Assembly (NCBI GenBank): GCA_965204725.1
Contig: OZ242005.1
Coordinates: forward strand, 1,760,001-1,824,000
DNA length: 64,000 nucleotides
Direction of reading: 5' to 3'
Source of the DNA: Candidatus Latescibacterota bacterium
Lineage (GTDB): Bacteria; Latescibacterota; UBA2968; UBA8231
Under the pieces are notes generated by a model. The model was not told the DNA's origin, did no database searches, and saw only the letters and a list, made by a program, of their open reading frames with translations. Shown here piece after piece: positions 18,230 to 28,192 of the stretch (position 1 is the stretch's first letter; every line of letters starts with the position of its first letter). Made by a program: the position numbers and the translations under genes.

Positions 18230-18233
18230 TCCG

Positions 18234-19838
18234 TCAATCTTCCACCACGTGCAACCGCTGGTTGACGGCCACGTCTTCGAGCACTTGCACGCCCCCGGCC
18301 GGCCAGTGAATTTCCAGCCGCTCAACGCGCTCAGCCGCGCCCAACCCGAACACCGGGTCGCGCTGACTGGTCGAGAGAAAACCCGACCCCGCCTTTACTT
18401 CCCTAACCTGCCCATGGCCGTCAGCCCATAGATACAGGCGGGCGCCGATGCCATCGCGGTTGCTCCGTCGGCCCTTTAGCGCGACCGCGAGATAGTTGCC
18501 CCCCACGCCGTCGTTGCGCAGCAGGGCGAAGCGGCGGCCGTTGTTGACGAGGGCCAGGTCTAAGTCGCCATCTTGATCGATGTCCCCAAAGGAGGAACCG
18601 CGCACCACCCAAAAGGCGGCAAACCCCGGGCCGCTCGCCGCGGTCACTTCGCGAAAGACGCCCGCGCCTTGATTGCGAAAGAGCTGGGCCTGTTGGGCGT
18701 AGGTCACCAATTCGTCGTATTCCTCAATGTTGTCGTGGACATGGCCGTTGCCCACGAACAAATCGAGATGCCCGTCGTTGTCCGCGTCGAAAAACCCCGT
18801 GCCAAAACCGAGGTAATTCAGGCTGAGGTCGCCGAGGCCGGCCTTGAAGCTGATCTCGGAGTAAAACGAGCCGTCGTTGCGATACAGCCCGTTGTTTTCC
18901 AACTGGTAGTTGGTGACGAACAGGTCGAGGTCGCCATCTTGGTCTATGTCGCCGGCATCCACGCCCATACCCGCTTGGCTGGCCCCGTCTGCGCTCAGCG
19001 CGGTCCCGGCCACCAAGCCGGTCTCGGCAAAGGTGCCGTCGCCTTGGTTGACGTAGTGGAAATTGGGCGTCAAGTCGTTGGCCACGTATAGGTCGGGATC
19101 GCCGTCCCGGTCGAAATCGCCCGCCACCGCGCCCAACCCATTGCCGGCGTGCTCAATACCTGCTTGAGGGCCAACTGCGGAAAAGACGCCGTGGCCCTCG
19201 TTGCGGTAGAGGATGTCCTCGGTAGGCGCGAACTCCCTCGGGTCGCAGTAGAAGCGCAACCCCAAGTCCTCGCGGCCACACCACGGCTGTTCGCCCAAGG
19301 CAAAGCGCACGTATTGCGCGGCAAAGAGGTCGAGATCGCCGTCGAGATCGTAGTCGAATGCAACGGCACTGGTGGTCCACCCCGCGTGTCCGAGGCCGGC
19401 TGCGGCCGTCGCATCCACATAGCCAGCCTCGGCGCGCCGGTAGAGCTGATCCAGCCCATAAGCCGTCAGATAGAGGTCCGGGCCGCCATCGCCATCGTAG
19501 TCGGCCGCAGTTACCCCCATGCCATAGTAAGTGCCGGGCGCACCGGCCGCGCTGTCCACCCGAGCAAAGGCGCGCCCATCGTTGCGAAAGAGCTGATTCG
19601 AGGCCGTGCCCCGCCCCCGCTTTAGGTCCCCGCTGTTGACCAAGTACAAATCCCAATCGCCGTCGCCGTCGTAATCGAGAAAGGCACTGCCCGCGCCGTT
19701 GGTCTCGGGCAGGTTCTTGTCGGCCGAGGCCCCATTGTCGTGGACGAAGTCAATGCCTAATTCGCGGGCCACCTCCACGAAGTGGGGCTGCCCATAGCTG
19801 GCGACCGCTAGCAGGAGCACGAGGAGCAGGACCCCCAC
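18234..19838 (-). CDS. CRTAC1/ASPIC-UnbV family FG-GAP repeat protein
   Basis: Repeated DYDGDGDxDLY, C-terminal SNRDGIGARL..FGLGAA..IHWP. Confidence 0.9.
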   Translation of the reverse strand: MGVLLLVLLLAVASYGQPHFVEVARELGIDFVHDNGASADKNLPETNGAGSAFLDYDGDGDWDLYLVNSGDLKRGRGTASNQLFRNDGRAFARVDSAAGAPGTYYGMGVTAADYDGDGGPDLYLTAYGLDQLYRRAEAGYVDATAAAGLGHAGWTTSAVAFDYDLDGDLDLFAAQYVRFALGEQPWCGREDLGLRFYCDPREFAPTEDILYRNEGHGVFSAVGPQAGIEHAGNGLGAVAGDFDRDGDPDLYVANDLTPNFHYVNQGDGTFAETGLVAGTALSADGASQAGMGVDAGDIDQDGDLDLFVTNYQLENNGLYRNDGSFYSEISFKAGLGDLSLNYLGFGTGFFDADNDGHLDLFVGNGHVHDNIEEYDELVTYAQQAQLFRNQGAGVFREVTAASGPGFAAFWVVRGSSFGDIDQDGDLDLALVNNGRRFALLRNDGVGGNYLAVALKGRRSNRDGIGARLYLWADGHGQVREVKAGSGFLSTSQRDPVFGLGAAERVERLEIHWPAGGVQVLEDVAVNQRLHVVED

Positions 19839-19840
19839 TG

Positions 19841-20701
19841 CTACCCCCGGAGCAGCGGCTCAATATGGTCTTTGGCGCGCAACAAGCCTTCCTGTTGCAA
19901 CTCGGGGGTCTGCCAGAAGTAGTGGTCTTCGAGTTCCACCGAGAGCACGCCGTCGTAGCCCGCATCCTCGAGCCGGCGTATTACAAAGTTCCAATCCACT
20001 TCGCCCTCCCCGGGAATGGTATAGCGCCACCAGCCCTCGCCGCACACGTAAGTCGAGCTATACGCCTCGCCCAAGTTGCCGGATTCGTAGAGCTTTTCCG
20101 GCATGATCTCAGTGTCCTTGAGATGGACGTGCCGTACGCGGTCGCCAAACTCGTGCAAGAGCCGCTGATAGTCTATCTGCAAGCGCACGAAGTGCGATGG
20201 ATCGTAACATATACCCAGCCGCGGCGACGGGCACGCCGCAAAAATCAAGCGCAGGCTCTCGGGCGAGCAGCCCAGATTGGGATAGTGGGGCCGACCGCCC
20301 GGCCACGGTTCAATGGCGATGTTGACGCCCACCTTCTCGGCGTGCGCCACGACCCGGGGATAGACCTTGGCAAAGATCTCAAAGGTCTCGGCTTTGGACA
20401 TGCTTGGGTCGTCTGGGGCGAGCACCGTAAAGAGCGTGTGGCCGCCGTGCCGGGCGATCGCGCTCAAGCTCTTCTTTATTTCGCTCAAGCCCTTGCGGCG
20501 CTGGGCCGCGTCGCGGGTGAGGACTTGGCCGCTGCCGTCGGCCGTGCCGAGGGCCAAGCCTAGTTGCTCGCAGGTGCGGGCGATCGGGCGCGTCAAGGGC
20601 GGGGTATCGACCGCGCCAAAACCGTTTTCGGCCAACCACGCGGCATAGGCGTCAAAGCCGATCGAACGGGAAAATGGGGGCATGCGAGTGCCGATTTTCA
20701 T
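19841..20701 (-). CDS. Sugar phosphate isomerase/epimerase (AP-endonuclease-2 barrel)
   Basis: IAIEP, YDPSH, HVHLKD, SVELE. Confidence 0.88.
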   Translation of the reverse strand: MKIGTRMPPFSRSIGFDAYAAWLAENGFGAVDTPPLTRPIARTCEQLGLALGTADGSGQVLTRDAAQRRKGLSEIKKSLSAIARHGGHTLFTVLAPDDPSMSKAETFEIFAKVYPRVVAHAEKVGVNIAIEPWPGGRPHYPNLGCSPESLRLIFAACPSPRLGICYDPSHFVRLQIDYQRLLHEFGDRVRHVHLKDTEIMPEKLYESGNLGEAYSSTYVCGEGWWRYTIPGEGEVDWNFVIRRLEDAGYDGVLSVELEDHYFWQTPELQQEGLLRAKDHIEPLLRG

Positions 20702-20723
20702 GGGGTTCCCTTCTCTATTGGGG

Positions 20724-20945
20724 TTAGTTCAGCACCTTCATGAGGATGGTTATTTGCAAGCCGACAATGCCGAACAGGATGCCAACAATCCAGCGGTGGC
20801 TTGCTCGAAGTTCAGCGCGAAGCTCGGCTACGGCTCGCTCAAGCGAGTCCAAGCGGCGATCTAACTGCTCGGCAATCCCTTCCCCTTCTAACCGTCCAAT
20901 GCGGCGGTCGTGGTCTTGCGCTTGGGTTAGGGTGTGTTCGGTCAT
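20724..20945 (-). CDS. Small coiled-coil protein with C-terminal TM
   Basis: GGAGG RBS; LDRRLDSLERAVAELRAELR..WIVGILFGIVGLQITIL. Confidence 0.7.
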   Translation of the reverse strand: MTEHTLTQAQDHDRRIGRLEGEGIAEQLDRRLDSLERAVAELRAELRASHRWIVGILFGIVGLQITILMKVLN

Positions 20946-21035
20946 GATTCCTCCGTTGGTTGTGGCTGGGATTTTCAAGGACCGGCTGAAATGTCGGGTT
21001 TTCGCACGGCGGTTGCAATTAAGAGAGGATCGAGA

Positions 21036-22190
21036 TTAAGCCGGGGCACGGCCCTGCTTGGCTGGATCGACCCACTGGGTCACTACCAGCGAGACCAGAG
21101 CGAGGAGCGCGCCGCTGATAAAAATGACCTCGTAGCCAAAGAAGAGCCAAGCATACCCGCCGACTAGGGGCGCGGCCACGGCCGCCACGTGGTTCATGGT
21201 CACCCCCATGGAGAGGGTGGGTTTGAGTTCGTCGGGGGGCGCGATCTTGTGCGCGTAGGTAGTAAGCGCGATCCCGCCGAAGAAGATGAGGTTGTCGAGG
21301 CAATAGAGCGCGTATAGGCTCGGCCGGTGCTCCACAAACGCATAGCCCAAAAAGACGAATACCAACACGCTGTAACTGAGCGTGAGCATCCGCCGCTCGC
21401 CAAAGCGATCGACCAAGCGGCCCATCCACGCAGCCGTCAAGGTAATCAGCACTTGGTTGATCAGCACCAAGACCATGGTCGTCTCCACCGGCATCCCGTG
21501 TACTTTGACGAGGGCAAAAATGGCAAAGGTGATGAACATCTGCTTGCGCAGACCTTGGAGGAAATTCAGGGCGTAGTAGAGCAAATAGCACCGCTTGAGC
21601 ACCCAGCGCTTCTCGCCAGCGGGCGCGTCCTTGGTATCGGCCCAAAGCAGGGCCAAGCCACCCGCGGCCGTACACACCCCGGCCAAGACAAAGACCCCCT
21701 CGTAGCGCAAAAACTCCAGCCCCAGCATGCACCCGCCAATGGCCGCTAGCCACGCCAAGCTGCCGATGCTGCGCAACTGCCCCAACCAGCGGCCCTTGTC
21801 TGCGGTGGGGCCGTAAGTTAGGCCCATGCTCTGCTCAAGCGGGAGCCAGCAGTGAAAGCCCAAGCTCCACACCAGCGAGAACGAGGCCAACATAAAGACC
21901 GAGGACACCTCTGAGTATGCGGCCAGCCCGACGCCCATCACCACCAGCGCAACGGCGGCGACCTTCGGCGGGGTGCAGCGGATGATCAGCACTAAAAAGA
22001 ACGCGTTGAGAAAACCCGGGACTTCGCGCAGAGCCTCGACGTAGCCCAATTCGTGCGGCTCAATGCCCAACCGCTCGACGACGAAGTTGTTGAACAGGGT
22101 CAGCTGCACCCCGAAGAACACCCCCGTCCCGGCCACGGCCACGGCCAAGAGCGCGAAGTTTTTATTCCATTCTGCAAAAGGATTGGTGAT
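21036..22190 (-). CDS. MFS transporter (start uncertain)
   Basis: Multiple TM helices, GRLVDRFGERR motif A. Confidence 0.85.
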   Translation of the reverse strand: MTNPFAEWNKNFALLAVAVAGTGVFFGVQLTLFNNFVVERLGIEPHELGYVEALREVPGFLNAFFLVLIIRCTPPKVAAVALVVMGVGLAAYSEVSSVFMLASFSLVWSLGFHCWLPLEQSMGLTYGPTADKGRWLGQLRSIGSLAWLAAIGGCMLGLEFLRYEGVFVLAGVCTAAGGLALLWADTKDAPAGEKRWVLKRCYLLYYALNFLQGLRKQMFITFAIFALVKVHGMPVETTMVLVLINQVLITLTAAWMGRLVDRFGERRMLTLSYSVLVFVFLGYAFVEHRPSLYALYCLDNLIFFGGIALTTYAHKIAPPDELKPTLSMGVTMNHVAAVAAPLVGGYAWLFFGYEVIFISGALLALVSLVVTQWVDPAKQGRAPA

Positions 22191-22308
22191 GACCGCCCCC
22201 TTGTTGATGTGAATTTGAGTGTGCTTTGCCGTCTTATCCAGCTACTTGACGCACCGCGAGGCAGCCGTTAAGCTACCGGCCCCAACCCACGCAAAGGAGA
22301 TTGTTACC

Positions 22309-23052
22309 ATGGCCGACGAACGCGTCTTTATTGGCGACCTGACCCGCAAGGAATTCCGCGAGCGCATCCACGCTGGTACGATCCAAGCCGCCATTGTGCC
22401 CACCGCCGCAACCGAGCAGCACAACGAACACCTGCACATGATCCACGACACCTTCCACGCCAGCTATATGGCCGAACACGCGGCCAAAAAGCTCCTGCCC
22501 CGAGTGGTCGTAGCGACCCCCGTGAGCATCGGCGTTTCCGAGCACTGGATGGAGCACATCGGCACTCTGACCGTGCGGCCAGAAGTTTTCTGCGAATACG
22601 TCTTCGATGTCTGCCATTCGCTCGTGCGGGCCGGCCTTGAGAATATCTTGGTGCTCAACGGCCACGGCGGCAACGTCAAACCCATGATGCGCCGCCTCGA
22701 CGAATACCGCGAAAAACTCGGAGTCAACCTCCGCTTCCAGTCCTATTGGGACGTATATGATCCCGACTTGGTGCAGCAATACATGGAACGAGGACGCCTG
22801 CCGGGGCATGCCGACGAATTCGAGACCTCGACCATGCTCTACCTCGCACCGGAACGCGTACAGCCAGAGGCCATCGACAACCCGGCGGCCGCCTTGGGCA
22901 CCCGCGCCAAGGGCGAGGCCCTCGTGGGACCGGCCGTGGACGGCGTCGCCGCGCTGCTGGAGGACATGCTCGCCGGCGAAACAATTGACCTGCCGCCAGT
23001 GACCTTCCATCCAGAGGGCAAGCGCAACCTCGTCACCGGCGAGCCGGTTTGA
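22309..23052 (+). CDS. Creatininase family protein
   Basis: EQHNEHL..D, NGHGGN, GHADEFETS. Confidence 0.9.
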   Translation: MADERVFIGDLTRKEFRERIHAGTIQAAIVPTAATEQHNEHLHMIHDTFHASYMAEHAAKKLLPRVVVATPVSIGVSEHWMEHIGTLTVRPEVFCEYVFDVCHSLVRAGLENILVLNGHGGNVKPMMRRLDEYREKLGVNLRFQSYWDVYDPDLVQQYMERGRLPGHADEFETSTMLYLAPERVQPEAIDNPAAALGTRAKGEALVGPAVDGVAALLEDMLAGETIDLPPVTFHPEGKRNLVTGEPV

Positions 23053-24082
23053 GCACGACGCCGAGGGCCTCGGCCGGCGACTCGACGAGCACATCTACGG
23101 CCGCGGCAATGTCCTCGAGCGCAAACTCATGGGTATAGAGCGGTTGGACGCAGAGCTTGCCGGCCGCCATGGCGCGCAGGCACTCGGCTAGGTTCCGCTG
23201 GGTCGGCCACTCGACGAACACCTCGGGATACGCTGAGCCGCGCTCGTAGGCGGGATCGTGATAGCCGGGGCCGGTGCGCGCCGCACTCCGCACATCCACG
23301 TTGCCCAGCGCGGCCCCAAAGCCGTGCGCGACCCGCGCTCCGCCCACGAGGACGACGCGCCCCATGCGATGCGTATCCGGCGCTTGCTTTAGGCTCTGGT
23401 AAATGGCGGCAAACGCCTCGCTGGCCTCGCCGCCAAAGGCAACGACGCCAAAATCCATGCCATACCCTCGGGTGAACTCGCCGGCCCGCTCGACCACGTC
23501 CTCGCCGGCCGGATCGACTACGCCCTCAACGCCCACCTGCCGGGCGATGGCTCGCCGGCGCGCCCAGCGATCGACCCCCAAGACGTGGCAGCCGCTTAGC
23601 TGGGCGAATTGGGCCGTGAATTGACCCACCAAACCCAAGCCGACGACGATCCCGTTTTCTCCGTACAAAGGGGCTGTGCGGCGCACGGCGTGTAATCCGG
23701 TCGCCGCCAGATGCACGGACGCGGCCTCGGCAAAGCCAACGCCCGTGGGGATGGCCGCGCACAAATTCTGCGGCACACAGGCCCAATCGGCGTGCAAGGC
23801 GTATCCGCCCCCCATGCAGGCCACGCCCTGCCCCACCTCGAATTGCTCTACGCTCGCTCCTATTTCCTCGACGATGCCGGCGTTGCTGTAGCCAAAAGGA
23901 CGCGGGGGCCTGTTGGGTTGGGGATTTTCCCGCATGGCCCCCACCCGCCCCAGTTCGCTCCCCGGGCTGATCAACGAAGCCTCCACCCGGACCTTTACCT
24001 CCCCGGGGCCGAGTGCGGGCATGGCTTCCTCTAGACAGACCCCTTGACCGCGGCCGTCAATAGCGGCGACTTTCCGCTGCAT
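23033..24082 (-). CDS. Zinc-binding alcohol dehydrogenase (MDR) family protein
   Basis: SLISPGSE, FGYSNAG, GLGLVG. Confidence 0.85.
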   Translation of the reverse strand: MQRKVAAIDGRGQGVCLEEAMPALGPGEVKVRVEASLISPGSELGRVGAMRENPQPNRPPRPFGYSNAGIVEEIGASVEQFEVGQGVACMGGGYALHADWACVPQNLCAAIPTGVGFAEAASVHLAATGLHAVRRTAPLYGENGIVVGLGLVGQFTAQFAQLSGCHVLGVDRWARRRAIARQVGVEGVVDPAGEDVVERAGEFTRGYGMDFGVVAFGGEASEAFAAIYQSLKQAPDTHRMGRVVLVGGARVAHGFGAALGNVDVRSAARTGPGYHDPAYERGSAYPEVFVEWPTQRNLAECLRAMAAGKLCVQPLYTHEFALEDIAAAVDVLVESPAEALGVVLKPARR

Positions 24083-24188
24083 AAGCACCTCCTTGGCGTG
24101 CTGGTTGCGCCTCTACGAGCTGCTATATTACTTATTATATACTTTTCTATTATTATTCTTTTATGTCTATCGCACTATTCGAGGCCCT

Positions 24189-24962
24189 GTGAACGTCATC
24201 ATCGCCGCAGTTTTAGGAGGCATCCTCTTGGTTTGGGGCGGGTTTTGGGGCCTGCTCCGCATTGCGGATCCCTTCGAGCGCAAACACGTGTTGATCCTCG
24301 CCGCGTACACCACCGTCGTCGTCGGTTGTGTCATGGGCTTGGTGCTCTTTACCAATCACGAGCGGCAAAAGGAGCACCGCGCTCAGCTAGAGGAGCAAAT
24401 GGAGGACTTCTCCGCTCGCCTCTCCGAGCTGAGCACCCGGCTCATTGGCCAGCTAGAAGAAAAAGCCAATCTGACCGCCTCTGAATTTGAGATCCGCTCC
24501 CTGCTGCAAAACGAAAAGGATCACCACACGCGCACCCGCAACCAGCTAGCGAACCAAATCGATCGCAACAACGCGCTGCAAAACAAAATGGACACCGAGC
24601 GCAAGGAGCGGCTGCGCTACCAAGCCGACACCGACCGCCAGCTCAAAGAACGCTTCGAGCAGGAGGACGTGCGCTACCAAGACCTCGCCAATACCCACAA
24701 GCGTTCCTCAGCGGATGTGCAGGCGCGGCTCGATCAGTTCGACGGCCAGTTGACCCGCCTGCAAGAGCAAACGGCGGCCTTGCAGCGCAATCAGCAAGCG
24801 ATCATAGCCAAAATCGCCGCCGCCCGCGAGACCCAAACGCTTTCGGCCCAAACGCTCGATGCACTCGCCCGCAGCCTGAGCGCTCTGTCCAACGACTTCC
24901 ACCACACCATGGCACAAGTCGATAGCCTGTACAGTAGAACATCCCCAACGCCAACGCCTTAA
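24189..24962 (+). CDS. Two-TM membrane protein with long coiled coil
   Basis: Two N-terminal hydrophobic helices then Q/E/L-rich heptads; GTG start after GAGG. Confidence 0.7.
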   Translation: MNVIIAAVLGGILLVWGGFWGLLRIADPFERKHVLILAAYTTVVVGCVMGLVLFTNHERQKEHRAQLEEQMEDFSARLSELSTRLIGQLEEKANLTASEFEIRSLLQNEKDHHTRTRNQLANQIDRNNALQNKMDTERKERLRYQADTDRQLKERFEQEDVRYQDLANTHKRSSADVQARLDQFDGQLTRLQEQTAALQRNQQAIIAKIAAARETQTLSAQTLDALARSLSALSNDFHHTMAQVDSLYSRTSPTPTP

Positions 24963-24972
24963 GGAGCCGATA

Positions 24973-25797
24973 ATGAAACGCACCCTCATCCCTTTCATCG
25001 CCCTAGTTCTCGCCTCCTGCACCGATAAGGAGCAAGAGATGCTCCTGCTCCAATTACAAAGCGACATGGGCCGGGCCAACGCCGCCATTGACTCGCTGAC
25101 GTACTCGCTCGACGACTCCAACCGCTTGCTCGACGACATGCGGGCCCAAGTTGACAGCACCCAACAGGTAAACGACAAGCTCCTCGAAAACGTGCAAAAG
25201 CTCAACAAGGAACTGCGGCATTGGAGCAAACTGGCCACCGAATACAAGGAGAGCAATGCGCGGTTAAAGGTCGAAATCGAGCAGCTAAGACAGGAAAAGC
25301 AAGCGGACCGCTACACCATTTCCCAACTGCGGGCCGAGACCGACCGCCTCAATGGCGAGCTGCTCGAAACCCACAGCAGCATCCGCCGCCAGAGCGACCA
25401 CATCCGTCGCTTAGAGCAGGAGTTGGCCCAGACCAAGGCCCAACTGGTCGCGGCGGAAGCCCAAATGGCCGTGCAAAATGCCGTGTTCCTCTACGCGGCC
25501 AACGAGCCGCAGCTCATAGAGCAGGGCTATCTCAGAACGCATCGCCCCTTTGGCAGCGGGTTCCGCAAGCAATACGAGTTGATTAAAAAGATCCGCCGCG
25601 ACAGCCCAGGCACTCAAGTCGCGCCCATCGGCCAAACCATCGCGCTAGCAGGCGAGGTCGAAGCCCTCGTCGATCACTACGGCAAGCTCAGGAAGGGGGA
25701 CGACTACGAAATGACGCACGGCGACGCCGGAGTGCAGGTCACGTTCCTCAACGAGTTGACCGGCGGCACGGGCGTCTTGGCGATACTCAAGGAATAG
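24973..25797 (+). CDS. Coiled-coil lipoprotein
   Basis: Lipobox VLASC, long heptad region, globular C-terminus. Confidence 0.75.
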   Translation: MKRTLIPFIALVLASCTDKEQEMLLLQLQSDMGRANAAIDSLTYSLDDSNRLLDDMRAQVDSTQQVNDKLLENVQKLNKELRHWSKLATEYKESNARLKVEIEQLRQEKQADRYTISQLRAETDRLNGELLETHSSIRRQSDHIRRLEQELAQTKAQLVAAEAQMAVQNAVFLYAANEPQLIEQGYLRTHRPFGSGFRKQYELIKKIRRDSPGTQVAPIGQTIALAGEVEALVDHYGKLRKGDDYEMTHGDAGVQVTFLNELTGGTGVLAILKE

Positions 25798-25800
25798 CTC

Positions 25801-26220
25801 TCACCAAGCGTGGACATAGACCGCCGAGCGCACCTTCTCCCCGGCTTGGTTGGTCGATAGCAGCGAGTCGGCAAACGTCGCGTGTTTGGCCAGCCTTTCG
25901 CGGCTACCCCCTTTGAGAAATAAATGCAAATTGGCTTCGGGCTCGGCCGCGAGACGGCGCACCATCCGGCGGAACTCCCACTCGCTCAAGGGGGTGTCGA
26001 TGGTGTAGCCATCGCTCGATAGGCCCACGCTCGCGCTCGTGTACAGCACGACCCGGTCGCCCGGCTGGGGGTCGTGGCGATGCACCCGCCAGACCGGTTG
26101 CGTCGCATTGAGAATCAGAATGCCCAAGCTCAACATCAGCATCATAATCCCCAAGAAGAGTTCCTTGCTAATATCGTGTTCTTCGAGCTCGGCGTCTTGG
26201 TGCTTGAGATAGCGGCTCAC
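25801..26220 (-). CDS. Divergent ExbD/TolR-like single-TM protein
   Basis: Short N-terminus, one TM, small alpha/beta periplasmic domain; coupled to the ExbB-like gene. Confidence 0.5.
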   Translation of the reverse strand: MSRYLKHQDAELEEHDISKELFLGIMMLMLSLGILILNATQPVWRVHRHDPQPGDRVVLYTSASVGLSSDGYTIDTPLSEWEFRRMVRRLAAEPEANLHLFLKGGSRERLAKHATFADSLLSTNQAGEKVRSAVYVHAW

Positions 26221-27002
26221 AATCCTCTATTCCTCGCTCGAACCCAAGCGTCCTCCTGCCGGGCGAGCCGCTGGACCAAGTAGTCGGCGCTCTTGCGCAA
26301 CGGCAAGTAAGCCAAGAGGCCGACGAGCGTGGTCTTAAAGGCCAAGACCAAGCCCTCAGCCATGGCGCTGAGGGCCTTAAAGGTCTGGGTCGCCTCGTCA
26401 ATCTGACTCAATTCCTGCGCGGTCAGCAGGATGCCGCAGACCGTGCCCAAGTAGCCGTACAGGGGGATTCTCGCTAGACCGCGGCGCACATGGGTTAGCG
26501 GGTCCCCGAGAACGCCGACGAGTTCGTCCACCAACTCCTCGTCGCGGCTCTTGCGATCGCTGTAGTTGGCAAACTGACGCTGCAAGTCTGATAGCTGCTC
26601 CATTCGCCTGCGGCCCAAGGTATTAGGGCTAGTATCTCCGTGCTTCCCCCAAGCCCTTTCCTCGCGGCGAAGATGCAGGTTAATATGGGCCAAGCTCAAC
26701 AGATGGCCGCCAGCCGACCAAGCGATCAGCGCGTATGAGAGGCGGCCAATCCACGCAAAAGCACTGGCTGGCTGCGGATTGACGAAGAGGTAATAAGCGG
26801 CCAACGCCCCGACGATACCCCCGGTCAGCAAACCAATACTGCTGGCGAGGAACCTCAGGCGGGGCACGTTCAGGGAGTACTCTTGGTCGTGCTGGCGCAT
26901 GCGCCGGGCGCGGCGCAGGTGTAGCCAGCTAACGCTGACGCCGCTGGCCAGCACCAACAAAATGCTGCTGCCTAGTATTAACTCGTCGTTCAAGAGGTCC
27001 AT
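26217..27002 (-). CDS. MotA/TolQ/ExbB proton-channel family protein
   Basis: IPLYGYLGTVCGI and GLVLAFKTTLVGL motifs. Confidence 0.75.
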   Translation of the reverse strand: MDLLNDELILGSSILLVLASGVSVSWLHLRRARRMRQHDQEYSLNVPRLRFLASSIGLLTGGIVGALAAYYLFVNPQPASAFAWIGRLSYALIAWSAGGHLLSLAHINLHLRREERAWGKHGDTSPNTLGRRRMEQLSDLQRQFANYSDRKSRDEELVDELVGVLGDPLTHVRRGLARIPLYGYLGTVCGILLTAQELSQIDEATQTFKALSAMAEGLVLAFKTTLVGLLAYLPLRKSADYLVQRLARQEDAWVRARNRGL

Positions 27003-28192
27003 CCCCGCGCCCAGAAGAGCTTCCACCACTGCCGACCGACCACCCCCAGATAGCCCAGCAGGCCGGTCGCAATCCCCCACAGTGCCCACGGCATGCTGCG
27101 GTCCGTGCGGGCGCTCCGCGCCGACGCTCGGGCACCACCCGATCCCGTAGTGCGCCCCTCGCCTTTGGTTGAACCGCGGGCGGCCGGCGGCTTGTAATCT
27201 CGACGGCGGTCTGCTTCCCCGCGCGCTGTGGGCTGCACGGCGCGCGGCGGCACGACGTGGGCGGTGCCCTTGAGGGCCTGCTTTTTTGGAAAAACCAACT
27301 CGCGGTGCGCGGCGGGCAGGGCCTCGGTCCAAGCGAGCAGTTTTTTCGCCGCGTCTATGCTTTCGACTTCGGCCAATTTGTCCGCTTTTCCCAAAGAAAA
27401 AGCCAACCGCCCGCGGATGAACCCCCGATAGAGCACGTCCGGGGTCGCGCTGCGGCGCGCTTGGAGCTTGCGGGCCAATTCGTCGCGTTGCTTTTGCAGA
27501 CGCACCAGACGGCTGACGACGGTATGCGTCTCCATCGGCTGGTCCTGCGCGGGGCTGGCCGCGCCGGTGAGCGGCCGACGCCGCGCCGCACGCGCCAACT
27601 GCCCGGCGTCAAAGCGAGCCTCTAATTCGACCTCGCCAAACAGCGTCGTGCCCCAGATGACTTCGGCCCCGGGAATATCGGGCAAGCTGTGGTTGTAAAA
27701 ACGCGGCTCGGCCCGCCGGCCGGCCACCCTCCAGCGGCCAGCGCCGGTGACCAGCACCCGGCGCAAGCGGCCGCGGCTGTCTTGCAGGTACAGACCGGCC
27801 ATAAAGCCGCTCTCGACTCGGTCGGTGTCCCAGCAATGGGCGCGGAGGACATTGGACTTGCGCAGGTACACAACGGGAATTTCGACTCGGGTCGGGGTCA
27901 AGCGCGTTTCCCCGATCCGGTGCCCATTGAGGAACAGCTCGGCTTCGTCGTCCGCCCAGAACATCAGTACTAGCTTGGAATTGGCTGGCAATATCCGGCT
28001 ATTTCCCTTCCGCTTGGCCAATTCGCGCAGCTTGTCCCCCCCGTAGAGGCGGACCAAGGTGTCGATGCTGGCGGACACTTGGTTGTACTCGCGCCGGAGT
28101 GCCACCACGTCGTCGGCAGCAGCGGCCACAGCCCAGCCGACCCCGCACACCACCCAAGCCAACCAACGCCCCCATCGCGCATAGCCGCTCAT
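26990..28192 (-). CDS. Exported protein with beta-sandwich domain and C-terminal TM anchor
   Basis: Signal-like N-terminus, WADDEAELFLNG motif, R/G/P-rich linker, hydrophobic C-terminus. Confidence 0.6.
   Translation of the reverse strand: MSGYARWGRWLAWVVCGVGWAVAAAADDVVALRREYNQVSASIDTLVRLYGGDKLRELAKRKGNSRILPANSKLVLMFWADDEAELFLNGHRIGETRLTPTRVEIPVVYLRKSNVLRAHCWDTDRVESGFMAGLYLQDSRGRLRRVLVTGAGRWRVAGRRAEPRFYNHSLPDIPGAEVIWGTTLFGEVELEARFDAGQLARAARRRPLTGAASPAQDQPMETHTVVSRLVRLQKQRDELARKLQARRSATPDVLYRGFIRGRLAFSLGKADKLAEVESIDAAKKLLAWTEALPAAHRELVFPKKQALKGTAHVVPPRAVQPTARGEADRRRDYKPPAARGSTKGEGRTTGSGGARASARSARTDRSMPWALWGIATGLLGYLGVVGRQWWKLFWARGWTS

Noticed and set aside
26217-27332. 371-aa version of the ExbB-like ORF
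   Set aside because: The first 110 aa overlap the upstream gene and are low-complexity; ATG at 27002 fits better.
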